From assembly GCF_009914755.1 (NCBI RefSeq), contig NC_060930.1: a stretch of 64,000 bases of DNA, one strand, 5' to 3'. Origin of the DNA: the human T2T-CHM13v2.0 reference genome, Homo sapiens. Under the pieces are notes generated by a model. The model did no database searches. It was not told where the DNA came from and was given only the letters and a program-made list of their open reading frames with translations. Both the position numbers and the translations under genes were made by a program. This document shows positions 41,677-57,559 of this stretch, one piece after another. The first letter of the stretch is position 1, and each line of letters begins with the position of its first letter.

Positions 41677-41995
41677 GAGTTGTCCCTGAGGATCTGAGGA
41701 GGGTTGGTTCCAGGACGCCCATGGATACGACGGTCTGCAGACACTCAAGTCCTTGATATAAAATGACAGAGTATTTGCATATAACCTACACACATCCTAC
41801 TGTATACTTTAAATCATCTCTAGATGACTTGTAATACCTATGACAAGGTAAGAGCTGTGTTAATACTTTTCATATTTATTTTAAAATTTGCATTATGTTT
41901 TATATTTATTGTTATTTTTTACTGCTTTTCCACCAAGTATTTTTTATGGATTGGTTGAATCTGCAGATGCAGAACCAAGAATAGAGCGCAGACTG
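41677..41995 (+). mobile_element. MER2 DNA transposon
   Basis: 'gttgtccct...ggttggttccaggac...tttgcatataacctacacacatcct...tttaaatcatctctaga...ttggttgaatctgcagatgcagaacc'. Confidence 0.88.
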
Positions 41996-42142
41996 CGGTG
42001 ACAGACACCGTCTGTGTTATCATTTGAAGAGCTGTCCTGTGGGAGAAATGACAGCATGACAAACAGGCTATGTGGACTTCAGCACATCGGCACAATGTGC
42101 CTCCAGTTTTTTCATCTGGAAAAACAACTGGCAGTGGGTGGT

Positions 42143-42246
42143 AAGTGATATTAATGCCCCTTCCAGTTCCAAGTGCAGTTTAGTGCTTTGGGAATAGTAT
42201 TCAGAGATTCTCTTATGGCAGTGACATTTTTACCAGTGTTAGGTGA
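42143..42246 (+). repeat. Arm A of a 104-bp inverted repeat (partner at 43337-43440); overlaps a MIR3-like 3' end
   Basis: 98/104 identical to the reverse complement of 43337-43440, with no gaps. Confidence 0.95.
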
Positions 42247-42747
42247 ATAAAATATAACTTTATGAAAAAAATGGTATAAAAGGATTAGTATGTTATTTTT
42301 CTTATACAAAGGAAACTAGCTGAATGAGAGGCTTAAGGGATATTTGTCTTTTATTATGTGAGGTTTTTTTGAAATTTAAAATATGAAGAACCAAAACTTA
42401 CCACTAAATCCTACTGTCCAGATTGCTTTTAAAAGTTCTACTGTGAGAGGTAAACTGGGAATCTGAGTGTGTTTCCAGTTGTGTAATAATTACATTGCCT
42501 TATTGTTTTTTAGCCAGGTAATATTCTTATCTGGAGGCGATGTTTAATATTGTTTGAATATCTATGTGACTTGCAGCACTATCATAAATGAGTCTTACGA
42601 CATGCCTCCGTCATTCTGATATTGTGGACAAATGATGTTATAGCTATCTACGAACATTACATATAAAGAATGCATATTGTCAAGATTGAATTTTACCTGA
42701 GGTCTGAGCCCCTGGAAAACAATGAAAATTAAAGAAATACTCCTCAT

Positions 42748-43276
<529 letters not shown>

Positions 43277-43336
43277 TCAGTGTGATCAAAAACAGCTTAC
43301 TGCCAGGTCCCCCTTTCCCCATATGAATTAGATGTG

Positions 43337-43440
43337 TCACCTAACACTGGTAAAAATGTAACTGCTATAAGTGAATCTCTGAATAATATTCTCAAAGCAC
43401 TAAACTGCACTTGGAACTGGAAGGGACATTAATATCACTT
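43337..43440 (-). repeat. Arm B of the 104-bp inverted repeat (partner at 42143-42246)
   Basis: See arm A. It sits inside the MER67-like LTR. Confidence 0.95.
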
Positions 43441-43745
43441 GTACCCGTTGACTACATAGGACAAGGCCAGACTTCCAATTCCTATCCTTTGCCTCAACAA
43501 TGATTAGCTGGATTGCTTGTCCCTACTGATGAATCAGAAATGCTTATTGGTTAAATTTGGTGAAGGTTCTCTCTATCCTCAGAACCCTGACCTCAACCCC
43601 AGCCAGCAGAGAGCCTCTCCTGAGAAGAAGCTGGCCCTAGGGTAAAACCCTCTCTCATTTACTATCCCATATGTCTTTCTTCCACCCCACTCCTCCACAC
43701 CAGTTCTTACTAGCTTGTTTATTCCCCTGTATAAAAGAAAGCCCA

Positions 43746-44190
43746 AGCTTGGTGTGGTGGCTCACGCCTGTATCCTAGCACTTTGGGAGGCCGAGATGGG
43801 CCGATCACTGGAGGTCAGGAGTTTGAAACCAGCCTGGCCAACATGGTGAAACTCCATCTCTACTAAAAATACAAAAAAAAAAAAAATTAGCTGGGCATGA
43901 TGGCACATGACTGTAATCCCAGCTACTCAGGAGGCTAAGGCAGGAGCATCGCTTGAACCTGGGACGCAGAGGTTGCAGTGAGCCGAGATTGCGCCATTGC
44001 ACTCCGCCTGGGTGACAAGAGAGAAACTCCATTTCGAAAAAAGAAAGAAAGAGAGAGAGAGGGACAGAGAGAGAGAGAAAGAAAGGAGAGGAAGGAAGGA
44101 AAGAGAGAGAAAGAATGGGAGAGAGAGAGAGAGAAGGAGGGAAGGAAGGAAGGAAGGAGAGAGAAAGAAGAAAGAAAAGAAAAGAAAAGA
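43746..44190 (+). mobile_element. AluS (Sx-like) with a ~155-bp GA-rich tail
   Basis: Alu body to ~44036, then a purine tail. TSD aaaagaaa(a)gccc. Confidence 0.92.
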
Positions 44191-45092
44191 AAAGCCCCTT
44201 TTGCCTAACCCTTGAGATGCCTGCAGATCTTATGGTCAGAGCATTCTTCTATTGCACCCATCCTCCTCCCACTATTCGAATAGCCCATCCCTAAGCCCCT
44301 GCAATAATCCTTTCTAATAACGTCTACTCTTACTAAATTGAGATTTATTTTTTATTTGACAGGGTTTTTAATGAGAAATGCTTTTTACGAGGTTAGAATA
44401 GTTCTGGTGGTTGTTCCTTAGTCTCTCATCACATCTCCTTTATGACTTGGAAAGATAAATTTAGCATGGAAAAAAATGTGATTATTAGAAAACAAAAAGA
44501 ATTTTAAATCATGAAAGAAATTTATGCAAACAATAGGGCAAGACCTAGTACATAAAAAGAGTCAGTGAAGCGAATAAAAACAACAACAAAACAGCACCAC
44601 CACCACCACTTAACCACAAAGTGAAACAATTTACATAATGATTTCTTGCTTTTCTTCTTCATATTATTGAAAGTTTCTTTGTTCATGTTATCTCCAGTGG
44701 TCTGTTAAATGTTTGCAATGCCTCAGTGCTCCTCTGAACAACTTTGTTAGGAATGAGAAGTGCTCTACCTATCAACAACAAAGGCAGCCGAATGGCTAGA
44801 AATAAGTTTGTTGAAAATACTTCTTGGGTTCTGCCTTACCTGTCAATCACAAAAAGAAGGTGGAGAAAGGAGGCATGCTTATGGCATCCCAGTTTTAAGG
44901 AAGAACATTTTAGCAATAAGCAAGCAGTCACCAAAAGGATTCAAAAAGGCAGTGGGTTTAGGGTGCTTTGTTTCACTGTGAACATGAACTGTCATAAATG
45001 CATATCTGATATTTTAATATCAGATATTTGGTTAAAAAAAAAAAAAGTGAGGTAGGAGGGTGCATTTCATTATCTCTCCCAGATACGTACTG

Positions 45093-45104
45093 GCCATCTG
45101 GTGG
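45093..45104 (-). promoter_or_regulatory. Possible CTCF core motif (CCACCAGATGGC)
   Basis: Motif match only. Flanking positions are imperfect and there is no functional evidence. Confidence 0.25.
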
Positions 45105-45380
45105 GAAAGAAAACAGGCAGTCTCAGTCCAGGGACCAGAGGATCTCCTTTGTCCCTGTACATACACGCAAGAACGCACATATTACATTATCCAGGTAGAG
45201 AGCACGTGGTAGGTTACAAAGAAGCCATGAGGAAGAAATAGGAAACCTGAATTGTAGTTGCACTCCTCTCAATATCCTCATCAGCAAAATGAATGAGTTG
45301 TTAATAATTACAAATGTACCAACTGTCATACTTTGCCATATGGCTTGTATATGTGTTTGGTATTTTAAATCTATAACATA

Positions 45381-45689
45381 CAGTCATGTGCCCCATCTGC
45401 ATCAATCATGGCATGTGTATATGGTGGTATTTTGTATTTTACCCTACTTTTTAATGTTTAGATACAAAAATACTCTCCATTCTGTTACAGTTGCCTGCAG
45501 TATTCAGTACAGAAACATGCTGCATGGGTTTGTTGTCTAGGGGCAATAGGCTACACCGTACAGCCCAGGTGTGCAGTAGGCTATACCATCTAGATTTGTG
45601 TAAGTATACTCTATGTTGTTTGCACAACAAGAAGATTGTCTAACCATGTGTTTTTCAGAAGTATGTTGTCATTAAGTGACACGTGACTA
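45381..45689 (-). mobile_element. Tigger3a-like DNA transposon
   Basis: cagtcatgtgcc...ttaagtgacacgtgacta with TA flanks. Internal 'cagtattcagtacag' and 'gtaggctataccatctag'. Confidence 0.83.
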
Positions 45690-48600
45690 TACATAAATAT
45701 GTTAATAGCTTGTAATGAAGACATAAGCTCTAATTCTGATCAAGCCTAGACAAAGCAACTTACACACATAATTCTTAAAATAAAAACCCAAGGAAGACGT
45801 TAGTATTCCTTGTTTCTGGAAAAGGAGCCAAGACCCTGGGAGTTAAGTGGCCTTCTATGAGGCCAGATGACTGGGCCAGGACCCACTACCTGGCTGACCC
45901 CAAAGTCCACCCTTTTATTCATTCTGCTGCATTGGTTGTGACCTAGAATATTCTGTTGTTTTTCTGGTTTAGAGAAACAGAAAGAAGACTCAGAGTAGAC
46001 TCTGAAATGTCCACTCCCCACACATTGCCCAGAGCCACTGGAGGTACAATGTGCCAGGCACAGCTGTGTGGGCAGCAAGGCACGTGGAGCAGGAAGCAAA
46101 GGATGATGCCGAGGCACGGGCCACGTGTGCAGTGCCCGAAGGGGGTCTCCTCTGGTCGTGGCTGTGCACCAGTGACAGAAGGGTTTACTTACTATGATAC
46201 TGGAGACCACCATGATCACTGACATTTCCTTAATGATGCACAAAATGAAGCGCACAAGTATCCAACAAATGACCAAAGAAAACGCTAGCATACTTCTCTG
46301 AATGTACACTTCAGAGAAGGAGGGAAATGCTTAAATGTAATATTTTAGATAAATCACTGAATACAATTAGTATAGTAAGTACACTATGGATTTGATGGTA
46401 TGTAGTAATACGTCTCTATGGCAAGCTCATCTCCTGGAAAACTGGAACTACATTTGTCCACAAGCCTTTCTCACTGAGCAGGAACACAGCTTGCAGGTTG
46501 GCCGACTCATCTCCCCAGATTTTATTTTCTATTTTATCTATATTTTTCCTGGCTCTAATTTGTTTCTGTTTTGTTACATTTTATAGATTCCTACAAACCT
46601 CTTTAACTATTTTGTAATGCAAGATATTTGAGCATAAATCCCTAAAAGACATATTATTTTATGATGTAAAGGTTTCATTTTTTCCATTTTATAGATGATT
46701 AAATAGAGGCCCGGCATGGTTAAGCGGCAAGCCCAGAGTCAGCCATCCAACGCAGCGCAGAGCTGTGATACAACCCACTTCCACTCCCACGGCATCTGGG
46801 CTTCGTGGGAGTTGAGGAGCGTCTCAACTGCATGTCAGGAGAACCCATGAAAAGGAAAGAACCCAGAACAAATGGGTGAGAAAGTTCAAGACTATGTTCA
46901 GCGTAAGAGCAAAAGCCTCCTGAGAATTCTGCTTGCAGCCCATTCCCAGGCATTACAGTGCAAAGCTAATTAGGGAGAATGGCATGAGTAGAAGACCACC
47001 AAGACCACCAGCTGAAACGGGTGTTCTCATGGCCTCCAGTGGGCTCGACTATTTTTATATTTTTAATATTTTGGTCCAATCACTACTCTATACAACTTAG
47101 CTGTCTTAAAACAATAAAGCCAAAACAAAAATAAAACAATAACCCAGGCCTCCCAGATGTTGGCTTCAGTCTGTGTTCACAAGTTATCTTCCTAATATCA
47201 CAGCATGAGTACTACTTCCCCATACTGTTCTCATGAGATCTATGGCCAGGTCCAAGGTCACATCATAGTAAATCTTTATGAAGGTTAAGAAATTTATAAC
47301 ATTTGCATTTGTTCACGAATGTCAATAATCCCAACCGGCAGGTTTTACGCTCAGGTTTGAATGACACTTTGCTAACCAAGCCATTAAGGTTTGTTTCAAG
47401 GAGTCGGGGGAAGCTCCCCAGCAGCTCTGAGCAAATGAGGAGCCAGAGAAAAACAATTAAAAATTTTTTAAAATAAGATCTTTGAAAGTATATTATTAAT
47501 TCTATCATCCAATAAGTGTTTTCGAAGACTATGCAAATGACATCTTGCGGTATAAAAGCTGTTACAGAACAGACCTTCCAACATTTCTCAGTCTCCTTCT
47601 TTCCTTCCCACGCATGCCCTATGTGTGGACTGGCAGCAATGTTTTTACTTTTAACAGGAATTTCATCATTTGGGAAAAATTTAGAGATATTAATGAAAAA
47701 TTGCTATGTGTCTCATGGCTACCTACTGATTAGAAGCAATTAACTTATTTCTATTTTGAAAAATTAGGCTAGCAAATGAAGCCTGTGGGAGAAGCATATT
47801 TAATAAATATAGAAATATTAATTGTAGGAAGTAACAATAACACCATGCAAAGTTGTCCTGTACATTGAAAAATCATACTGATTGTTTACCTCCTTATTCA
47901 CAGCAAGGGAATCAAGACCATAGAAGTCAACCTGTAGCTGTATAATTGCGTCCAAATCCCAGTGAAGAGTAAATGCTAAAGCATTAGGGTGAACCCATTA
48001 AAACTGAGAAAAGAGAGGGAAATAAATCAATACTTAAGAGTAGAGTTACCTACCAAAGTACCATTCAGTTCAACACATTTGGAGGCCTCTTTTTCATATA
48101 TGATGAGTTTTCACTCATATACACTGATAAAAAGGTGAAGCATAAAACATCTAGAATGATGTTTTGAAGAAGGTGAAAGAATCACTGTGGTGAAGACTAC
48201 AGAACTGCCCTGCCTCCATCTCTCCTAGGCACTTTAGCCATTTTACTCTAAAGCAGATTTGGAGTTGACTTTTTAAATTTCCTTTCAATGTTAGAAATTT
48301 AAATTAGAAAATGTATGTTAAAGTTGATTAAAACTTAACAAGTTATTCTGACCCATTTTCCTCTTCTACTGCAATTCTGTCTAATGTCTTTTATGATGCC
48401 TTTACAATTACTGTTATCATCATCATTATTATTTTAGTCTATCATGTAGGAAAATATAACTGGATTTTGATTTCCTTAAGAGGTTTTCTACATTATTTAG
48501 ATTTGTGAAAGAATGTTATTGTAAGTAAATAGCACCAAATCTTAAGGATACAATATATAACTGCTAACGCAAACAGTATTTGAGAAATGCATCTAGATAT

Positions 48601-51600
48601 TCATTACTTTATTAAAAAAGACATAGAATTGGCATAATAAATTGCTAGATAAAGCAATTGAGTAAAGTGTAATGAGTTCAAGTAGAGATAAGATCATTTT
48701 ATGGAGATAAATGAATTAGAGAGGTTGTGATTGAGAAGTGAGAAGTGGTTAAAGTGTTTTAAGACAAATTATAATATCTAGGTCTTATCCCTACTTATAT
48801 TGATAGGCATGATTTGGTGGGAAAAAAAGAAACATTGTCACTTTAAGTATTTCCCTATCCTAAATGAAAGCTACTTTATTCAAGAGTATAAGCTACCCTA
48901 AGTTTCTTTATTTTAAACTTTGAATGCTTCATCACACAAATGTTTATATTTTAATAGAAATGTATTATGTCTGATGATATCCAACATATATATACAGGCT
49001 ATTGAATTCTATATGTAGTAATAATCATGAAACTCAGTGTTTTCTCAATTATATCAGCAAATTCTCTAACACAGATATGCCAGGTTTTCTTCAACTTTGA
49101 TGAAGTCACTTTAGTTCTAGTAAAGTAGAATTCCTTCTAGAAGGAATTTAAAAGAAGCTGAATTTCCTGGCTTCCCCCCACCCCCAACAAGCACCTATAT
49201 AATTTATCAGTCCATATTTCAAACTACTTTATTTATTCAATTACAACACATTCCATGGATAATTCTAAAATAAACTCCCACATTTAAAATTAAGGAGCCA
49301 CAAAAGACACTTTTAAAATAAGAAATTGCATAAAGAGAGAAGAAAAAATAAAATTTTTCACAACCTACAAATTACCACCAAGTTTTACATTGAGTTTGAC
49401 ATTCCTGGTATTCAGAGCAAAATATGGACACAAAGACTCATGCACACACTGGGTGACCTCATTTCACTGTTGTATGTGTGATTCCTCATTCTAAGTATAG
49501 AATCCAGGAGGTGCGGGTCCCTTTGTCCCCACCAGGAAAATGCAGTTTTCCACAGTGTTAAGGTTGGTTACCTTTTTCCAATGGCAGAAAATGCACGCCA
49601 GAAACTGAGAAAGTTGCTCAGTTCATACAGAAAGCAGACTGCCTAACATGAACCTCTTAGTAGTCAGAGCGACATATGCTATTGAAGTAATGTGTTCCTT
49701 TATTTTCTAAATGGATCCTTCCCAAGTAAAATGTACCTAAGTACATAAACCATTTAGTGGGAATACATACACAAAGAGTTGCCTCCTAGATGTAAATGCC
49801 TCTTGAACAACAATCAACTATTAACTCATGCAAAAATATTTTGATAACATTTTCACAATTATCTGCTAAATTAAAGGAAACTACTCACAGCAACAAATGC
49901 CATCAACATCTGGCAGTGAAACAACTTTGAGGTACATCTGGACAAAAATGACTCATGTCTACCCTCACCTGTTGCAGGCTTTACACCTACAGAGAGGCAG
50001 CTCCTCTTTGCCCCAACATATTTAGTTTCTGGACTGCATTTTCGCCTTCTGTTGCAAAATGGCAATCAACCTTATTACCGTAGAAAACTGCATCTTCATG
50101 GTAAGGACAAAGGGGTCTGTACATTCTGGAATTATATTCAACACTTACATTTACATGAAAGAGCCTTGAAAACAATAGAATAATTAGACATGTTTGTGAG
50201 ATAATTATGTCATGTAATGATGCCTATTACCCAAAGAGCTGTTGGTTCCTTTAGAAAAAAAAAACATTTATCAGCCAATCTTGCAGACTTGTAGGATCTG
50301 AAGAACAGCACTGTTCTCATCAGAGCTAAAAGCATATGCTATGAATGGGGTCCTCCACATGGCAATGACCGCAATAAATTACCAGTGTGTGTTCTGTTTT
50401 CTTGAGATGGGCTCAATTTATCATTTTATTGAAAAGGTTCCATTATGCTAATGTCTTACAAAATCATATTCTGCTGTTGCTGGAAGGTCATGAGGGGATA
50501 TAAATTTTTGCATTTAGAACTAAGAAGTTGTATAGCAGTCACAGACTCCAAGGGTTAATAAGAAGCCATCAAAGTACATTCAAGGACTTATCAATGACAG
50601 CTCTTCAGCATGCTCTCCTAGTTAACAAAAGAGAAAAAGGGGAATATTGTTCCAAGCTTAACATCACACACACAAAAATGCTTCAAGTATAAACGTATTA
50701 AAACTTGGTTTTAACACAGGTTGATCATTTGAAAAAAAAGTCATTGAAATTTTATCTGTCAGTGTGAAGTATCAGTATAACAGGTACATTTAATATGAGT
50801 TTAATAGAGGTTTCTAGTACATAGTACTCAGTTTGTTTAAATTAGCTACTATCTTCAAAGACTTTCAAAGATAAGTTTGCTGAAGATCTACAAAGAATGC
50901 AAAAATTAATATGCATATTTTAGTGTAACCTCATTGTGTCTATAAGGAGGATAATGGAGATTTTTGACTAGCATCAAATCCCACATCTCAGTGAGTTCTT
51001 AGGGAAAAGAAAGATGATGAGCTAATTATTCAATGCAAATTAGATATTATTCCTTAGAGAAATGTTTTGTTTCCATCTTTTCAAGAATTACTGTTTCCTT
51101 CCAATCATGAAGGACTGTGGATGTAATTCACGAATATATGGTGCCATCAATCTATCAATAATTTGCAGTTATGGGCAACAACTGTCAAACAGCTGAGTAA
51201 AAACACATAAAACCAGATAGCTCCCTTTGGACCAATTATTGTAAACCATAGAAACACTGAGGAAAAACAGTTGCTCTTTAGAAACACTTGGTATATACTT
51301 GGCATCCAATTTTGTAATGCAACCTAACAAGCAGAATGTAAACAACAGTAACTGCATTGCTAGATTTGTCATTCTGTTTTGTCTGGTTCAGCAGCTAAGT
51401 GGTTACGAATATTAACATTCTACAACATCAGTGTACCTTAAATTCAAGAGGCCATTTTGAATGGATCACTGATTGCATTTTGATGGAATTCCCAGGGAGG
51501 TGATGAGTAAGAAGCCAGGTTGTGGTCTAGGGCTGGGCACATTCAATCTTATTCTGTATTAAAGTACAGAGATGGAGATACACAATATGCTCTTTCCTCA

Positions 51601-53364
51601 CCTGGAACTAATTTGACAGGGAAAAAAAAAGCTTTAGAAATGGGTCTAAGATAGTTTGGAAACCCAAGTTCACAAAATTGTGTTTAAAAATATATAAAAG
51701 GATTATAGAACTTCTTGACAAATTCAAATTATTATATAAAGTTTCTCATTGAGTAGCTCCAAACACTGTCAAAATTATTTTTTCTGTCAGTTATGTATGT
51801 CCTGTCAACAGGTATATGCATTCACGCCAAATGAACAGGCCATGGAAAGTAGACATCTCTTTATTTGGGAAACCATTACTCAAAGATTTTACCAAAAAAA
51901 TAAAAAAAGATTTTTGGAAGAGCTTGGGGTGAAGTGGTTGTTTTTGCATCAGGGTATATGGAATTAATGTTGATTCTTCCAAATCATGATGACTCTAATG
52001 AATCTAATCAAGTACACATAAACACTTTGATCTAATTCAAAGAATATGGAATTTTGAATCAAAAGACAGTGGTTCCAATCTTAGCCTCAATATCTTTTAG
52101 CTATGACAGTTTGGCCAACAATTTCATCTTTACTCTCAGTTCTCCATAAAAGAAGGAATGATAATTATGGCCCTAAGAGATAATGTAAGTGTAAATGTTT
52201 CACAAACTGTTAGAAGAAAGGGAAATACTTATTATTCTCTTGAGCGTAAAATATTGTATCTCTCTGGTGATGTAATGGTTGCAGGGAGCAAAGTATATTT
52301 ACCAAAACATTTTACATATTAAATAGGACTATTTTAGTTTCATTCTCTTAATAATCAAAAAAAATTTGAAACTTAGAATTAATCCAAAGAGATTACTGGT
52401 ACTCTTTCAATGCGATGTAGGTTTATTATATGGGCTATTTTACAACTCGGTAGGAGCAGTGGTTCACTTTTTTCCAGTGGAAATACAAAGAATTTCTGTC
52501 CAGTGGAGCAGACAACCTCAAATATTATGGTTTATTGCCCTGTAAACACTTGACAAGATTTGTATCTAGTCTAGCAATCTTATGCTAACATCTCTTTATT
52601 AAATTGCATATTTACCTATCTATAATCAAGACACTAATTTTTCCAAAGCCTTTTGAACCAATTTATACAGCTTGCTGCTTCTCACATTAAGTAATAGGTT
52701 GAAGAAAATTTTTGACACTTGTACATTTTATATCTAATATAATATCTAATATAATATAATATAAAATAGCAAAACAGCTATTTTACCTTACTGGAAATTA
52801 TAATTTAATGGTTTTAGAGGTCACGCTCAAATGGACCAAATAACCTTCATTTCCAGGAAGTTTGCCTCATGGACTAATATACTAAGGAATAGTTCCTGAA
52901 GTCAGACAGATCTTGAAATCTGCAACCGGGGTTCTCCACTTTTTCCCCTTTTTCTTTTCTGAATCTGTGTGTTTGGTTTTGCTTGGAGCACAGACTCACA
53001 ATAATCTATTTCCCTTTGGTGGTCACAGTGATTGGGAATTGCCTTGATAGTCTGACTGGCAATCTCTGGACCTGGATGACACAGCTTTATTCTTTGTTGA
53101 ATAAGAGACAACAGAGACTATGTGTAAGTCACTTGTGTTTACTTATCTCTTGGTGACCTCAGATCAATTAAAAATCATATGCCCACTGGGGAGGAAAACA
53201 GCTCTTTGAGGTCTGGACTAGTACATTTTTGTGATTCTCTATCTTCTTTTGACGCATGACTGAAGTTGTAGGACTGAAGCTATAAATTCTCTACATGGCT
53301 TTGCGTCTACATATCTGTAATTCACAAAAGCTGTTGCCTCCGTTGTGTGAAATGTTTCCCTGCT

Positions 53365-53680
53365 TGTTGCAGGCTGAATTACGTCAAAATTCCTATGTTG
53401 AAGCTCTAACCCCCAGCACCTCCTAATCCAACTGTATTTGATTAATTATAATGAGGTCTTTCGGGTGAGCCCTCATGCAATCTGACTACTGTCCTTATGG
53501 GAAGAGGAAATTTACACACCAGACAAGAGGGTATGTAGAGGAAACCCCGTGAGAGGAAACGGAGAAGACGGCCATCTGTACACCAAAGAGACATGCCTAG
53601 AAAGAAAGCAAACCTACAACACCTTGATCTTGGACATTTGGCCTCCAGAACCACAAAAAATAGATTTTGGTTGTTGAAGA
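53365..53680 (+). mobile_element. MaLR LTR (MLT1B-like), 3'-incomplete
   Basis: 'tgttgcaggctgaatt...aaaattcctatgttgaagctctaacccccag...gagaagacggccatct...caccttgatcttggac'. Confidence 0.83.
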
Positions 53681-56046
53681 AAAATAAATAATGACATATA
53701 CAAATGGAATACCGGCAAAATTCACAGAAAATAAAGCAAACTCTGAGTACTTCAAGTGTTCTAGATTTTTAGGGAAAAATCTCCTCTTATAGAAACTGCT
53801 TGCTCAGAAATCCAATCACATACATATGGTGAATCTTTGGACAATGGAACAGTTTTAATAATTTGGGTTTAAGAAAGGAAAAACTTTTCTCTCATTTTTC
53901 AGTGTTAAATATGTGATAAGGTTTCTATTTTACATTTTAACAGGTTGGGGTTTGGTTTCCCAGGAAAAGCGTACTTAATCCGAACTTCTCGTACTTCTCA
54001 AACTATTTTTCAATCACAAAATCTTGCATTACAGTGACATAATTTTAAAGTTTTTTGAAAAATATACATTTTTAGCTGACTAAATAGAATAATAATTCTG
54101 GCAAGTTTTTCTGTAGTAGGTTCTTATATCTTTATATATAACTTGCAAACATGGATTGATCTTCAGACAGCTAGGTAATTTGTATTAAGGCTGAAAACAA
54201 AAGCAATGATAAACAGACATAATATTTAGTTTACATATTTTTGGCCCTTTAGTTATACATACTATAGAATGGCTATATTTTTGAGTCACATTAATTGTTT
54301 TAGTTTTGCTACTTTAGGAGCCTGTAGCTCTAAAAATTGTACTATATATATTTATAGCTTTGTTAGTCTGCTAAAATGTTTGTGTTTGACACACAGCTCT
54401 CCTATTATGACTTTCCAGTTTCTTTGTGAAATCAAAGATCTTATTTTGAATACAAGTTATAATCGGATTTGGTGGCTGAGACTTAAATAGAAGAAACAGT
54501 AACAGAAAAATACAACGATTTATCCAAAGTAATGGGATGAGCTTTCTTTTTCAAGAATGAAAAGAATAGGGTATTTTTTCCCTAAAGCAAAGTGTTGTTT
54601 TGTACCAGTATATGAAATGACACCGTGAAAGATAAAACTTGAGAGAACACAGCAAGTTGTGGAAAATTTGAGGGAAGTGAATTTTAACTGCTTTTGTTTA
54701 TAACACCTATGTCTGAAAAGAAGCTATAAAATATATTAAAATTCACCTAATTTTGATTGGCTTATTTGTGAGATAAATTAAGGGGGAAAATGATCTCATA
54801 AAACCTATATTTCCAATGCATTAATGCAAAATTAAAAGTAGTCTTTTTCTTAGTTGAATTAATAAATTCATCTTAGAATTCTTACCAAGGCATAGTAAAA
54901 ATACTATTTTTCCCTTTTGTGTGATATGACCAGAAAGCAGAGATTTTATAACCCACCAGAATAATCTCTGCTTTGTGTTGATTCTAGCATAGTGTTAGAA
55001 AATAAAAATCTACAATTATGAAAGGCAAAGTTTCCTCACTTGTGAATGAACCAAGATTCCCTGCAATCATATTACATTTACCAACAATTATTTTTGAACA
55101 CTTGTTAATTTGATTAAATCGATAATTAAAGGCACCTAGGATTTTATTATAGCCAAACGACCAAGTCTACTCTGACAACTACTTTAATTTCCCCCCAGCC
55201 CCATGATCAGATCTAAAATTTAAAAATATAGACCATAAAAATTCAACAATATACTTTATACTTAAAACTGGCTTTAAAATCTCCCACAGGCTTCCTGGAG
55301 AGAGGAGCTGGAAAGCCTTAGGTTTGTTTCAAGGGTTTTGTATTTCTTAATCACCTCCCCACTACAGAAGAGCTATGGAATGAGCTGTCAAATCAGAAGG
55401 ACGCTCAGCCTTCCCTGGGTTCAGTTTGTGTACATGAAATGTTATGCACAGAAATCTGTTACTAATCGAACATTTTATGGGAAGACCAAGGAGAGTCATC
55501 AGAGCCCATGCTGTCCATTATATATATGTTCTTACTCTCCGGAGAAACATTGATCAAACTCTTATAAAATAGTCATACACTGTGTCACAAAGGGTTATTT
55601 TACACTCGTCATTCTGATATTGCTGGTCACTGTAGTAATTAATCCAGCCTTTTATTAGTATCAAACTGGTTTCTGTCTCCATCTGATGCTTGCCTGCGAA
55701 CTGTGCTATAAACCACAGGCCTGGGGTTGTATCTTCAGCGTATACTCCTGTTTCCAGACTTCTCAGAAAGGAGTGTGCCAGATACTCTGAACTACTGATA
55801 CTTCAAAGAATAGACTCTTGGGTACTGGCGTTAGAGCTGACATCAGCTCAACAACTTTCAGACTGTACCAGGGAATGAATCAGAATTTCCAGGACTTATT
55901 TTAGTCTGGAAATAGATGTTCTTCATGAAACTAGCACCTAACCCAAGATCCAAAAAATAACAATTAATTACACAAGAACAAATGAACTGATGAGTTAAAT
56001 TATGGCTACTTATTTTGAATGTTTTTAGTATTGCATTTAATGTTAA

Positions 56047-56412
<366 letters not shown>

Positions 56413-56519
56413 TGCTTTTGCATATAAAATTTAAAAAACTGTAAGTAGTATCTGATTTTTAGCATCCTTCGAAAGGCAGAAAGAAATACTTTTACTGATT
56501 CTCCTTACTTTTTCATGAG

Positions 56520-57530
<1,011 letters not shown>

Positions 57531-57559
57531 GGCAGGGAGCTGTAACACTTTGTAGAGGC

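Noticed and set aside
45800-46309. 169-aa ORF on the minus strand
   Set aside because: Non-ATG start, no recognisable similarity, and consistent with background.
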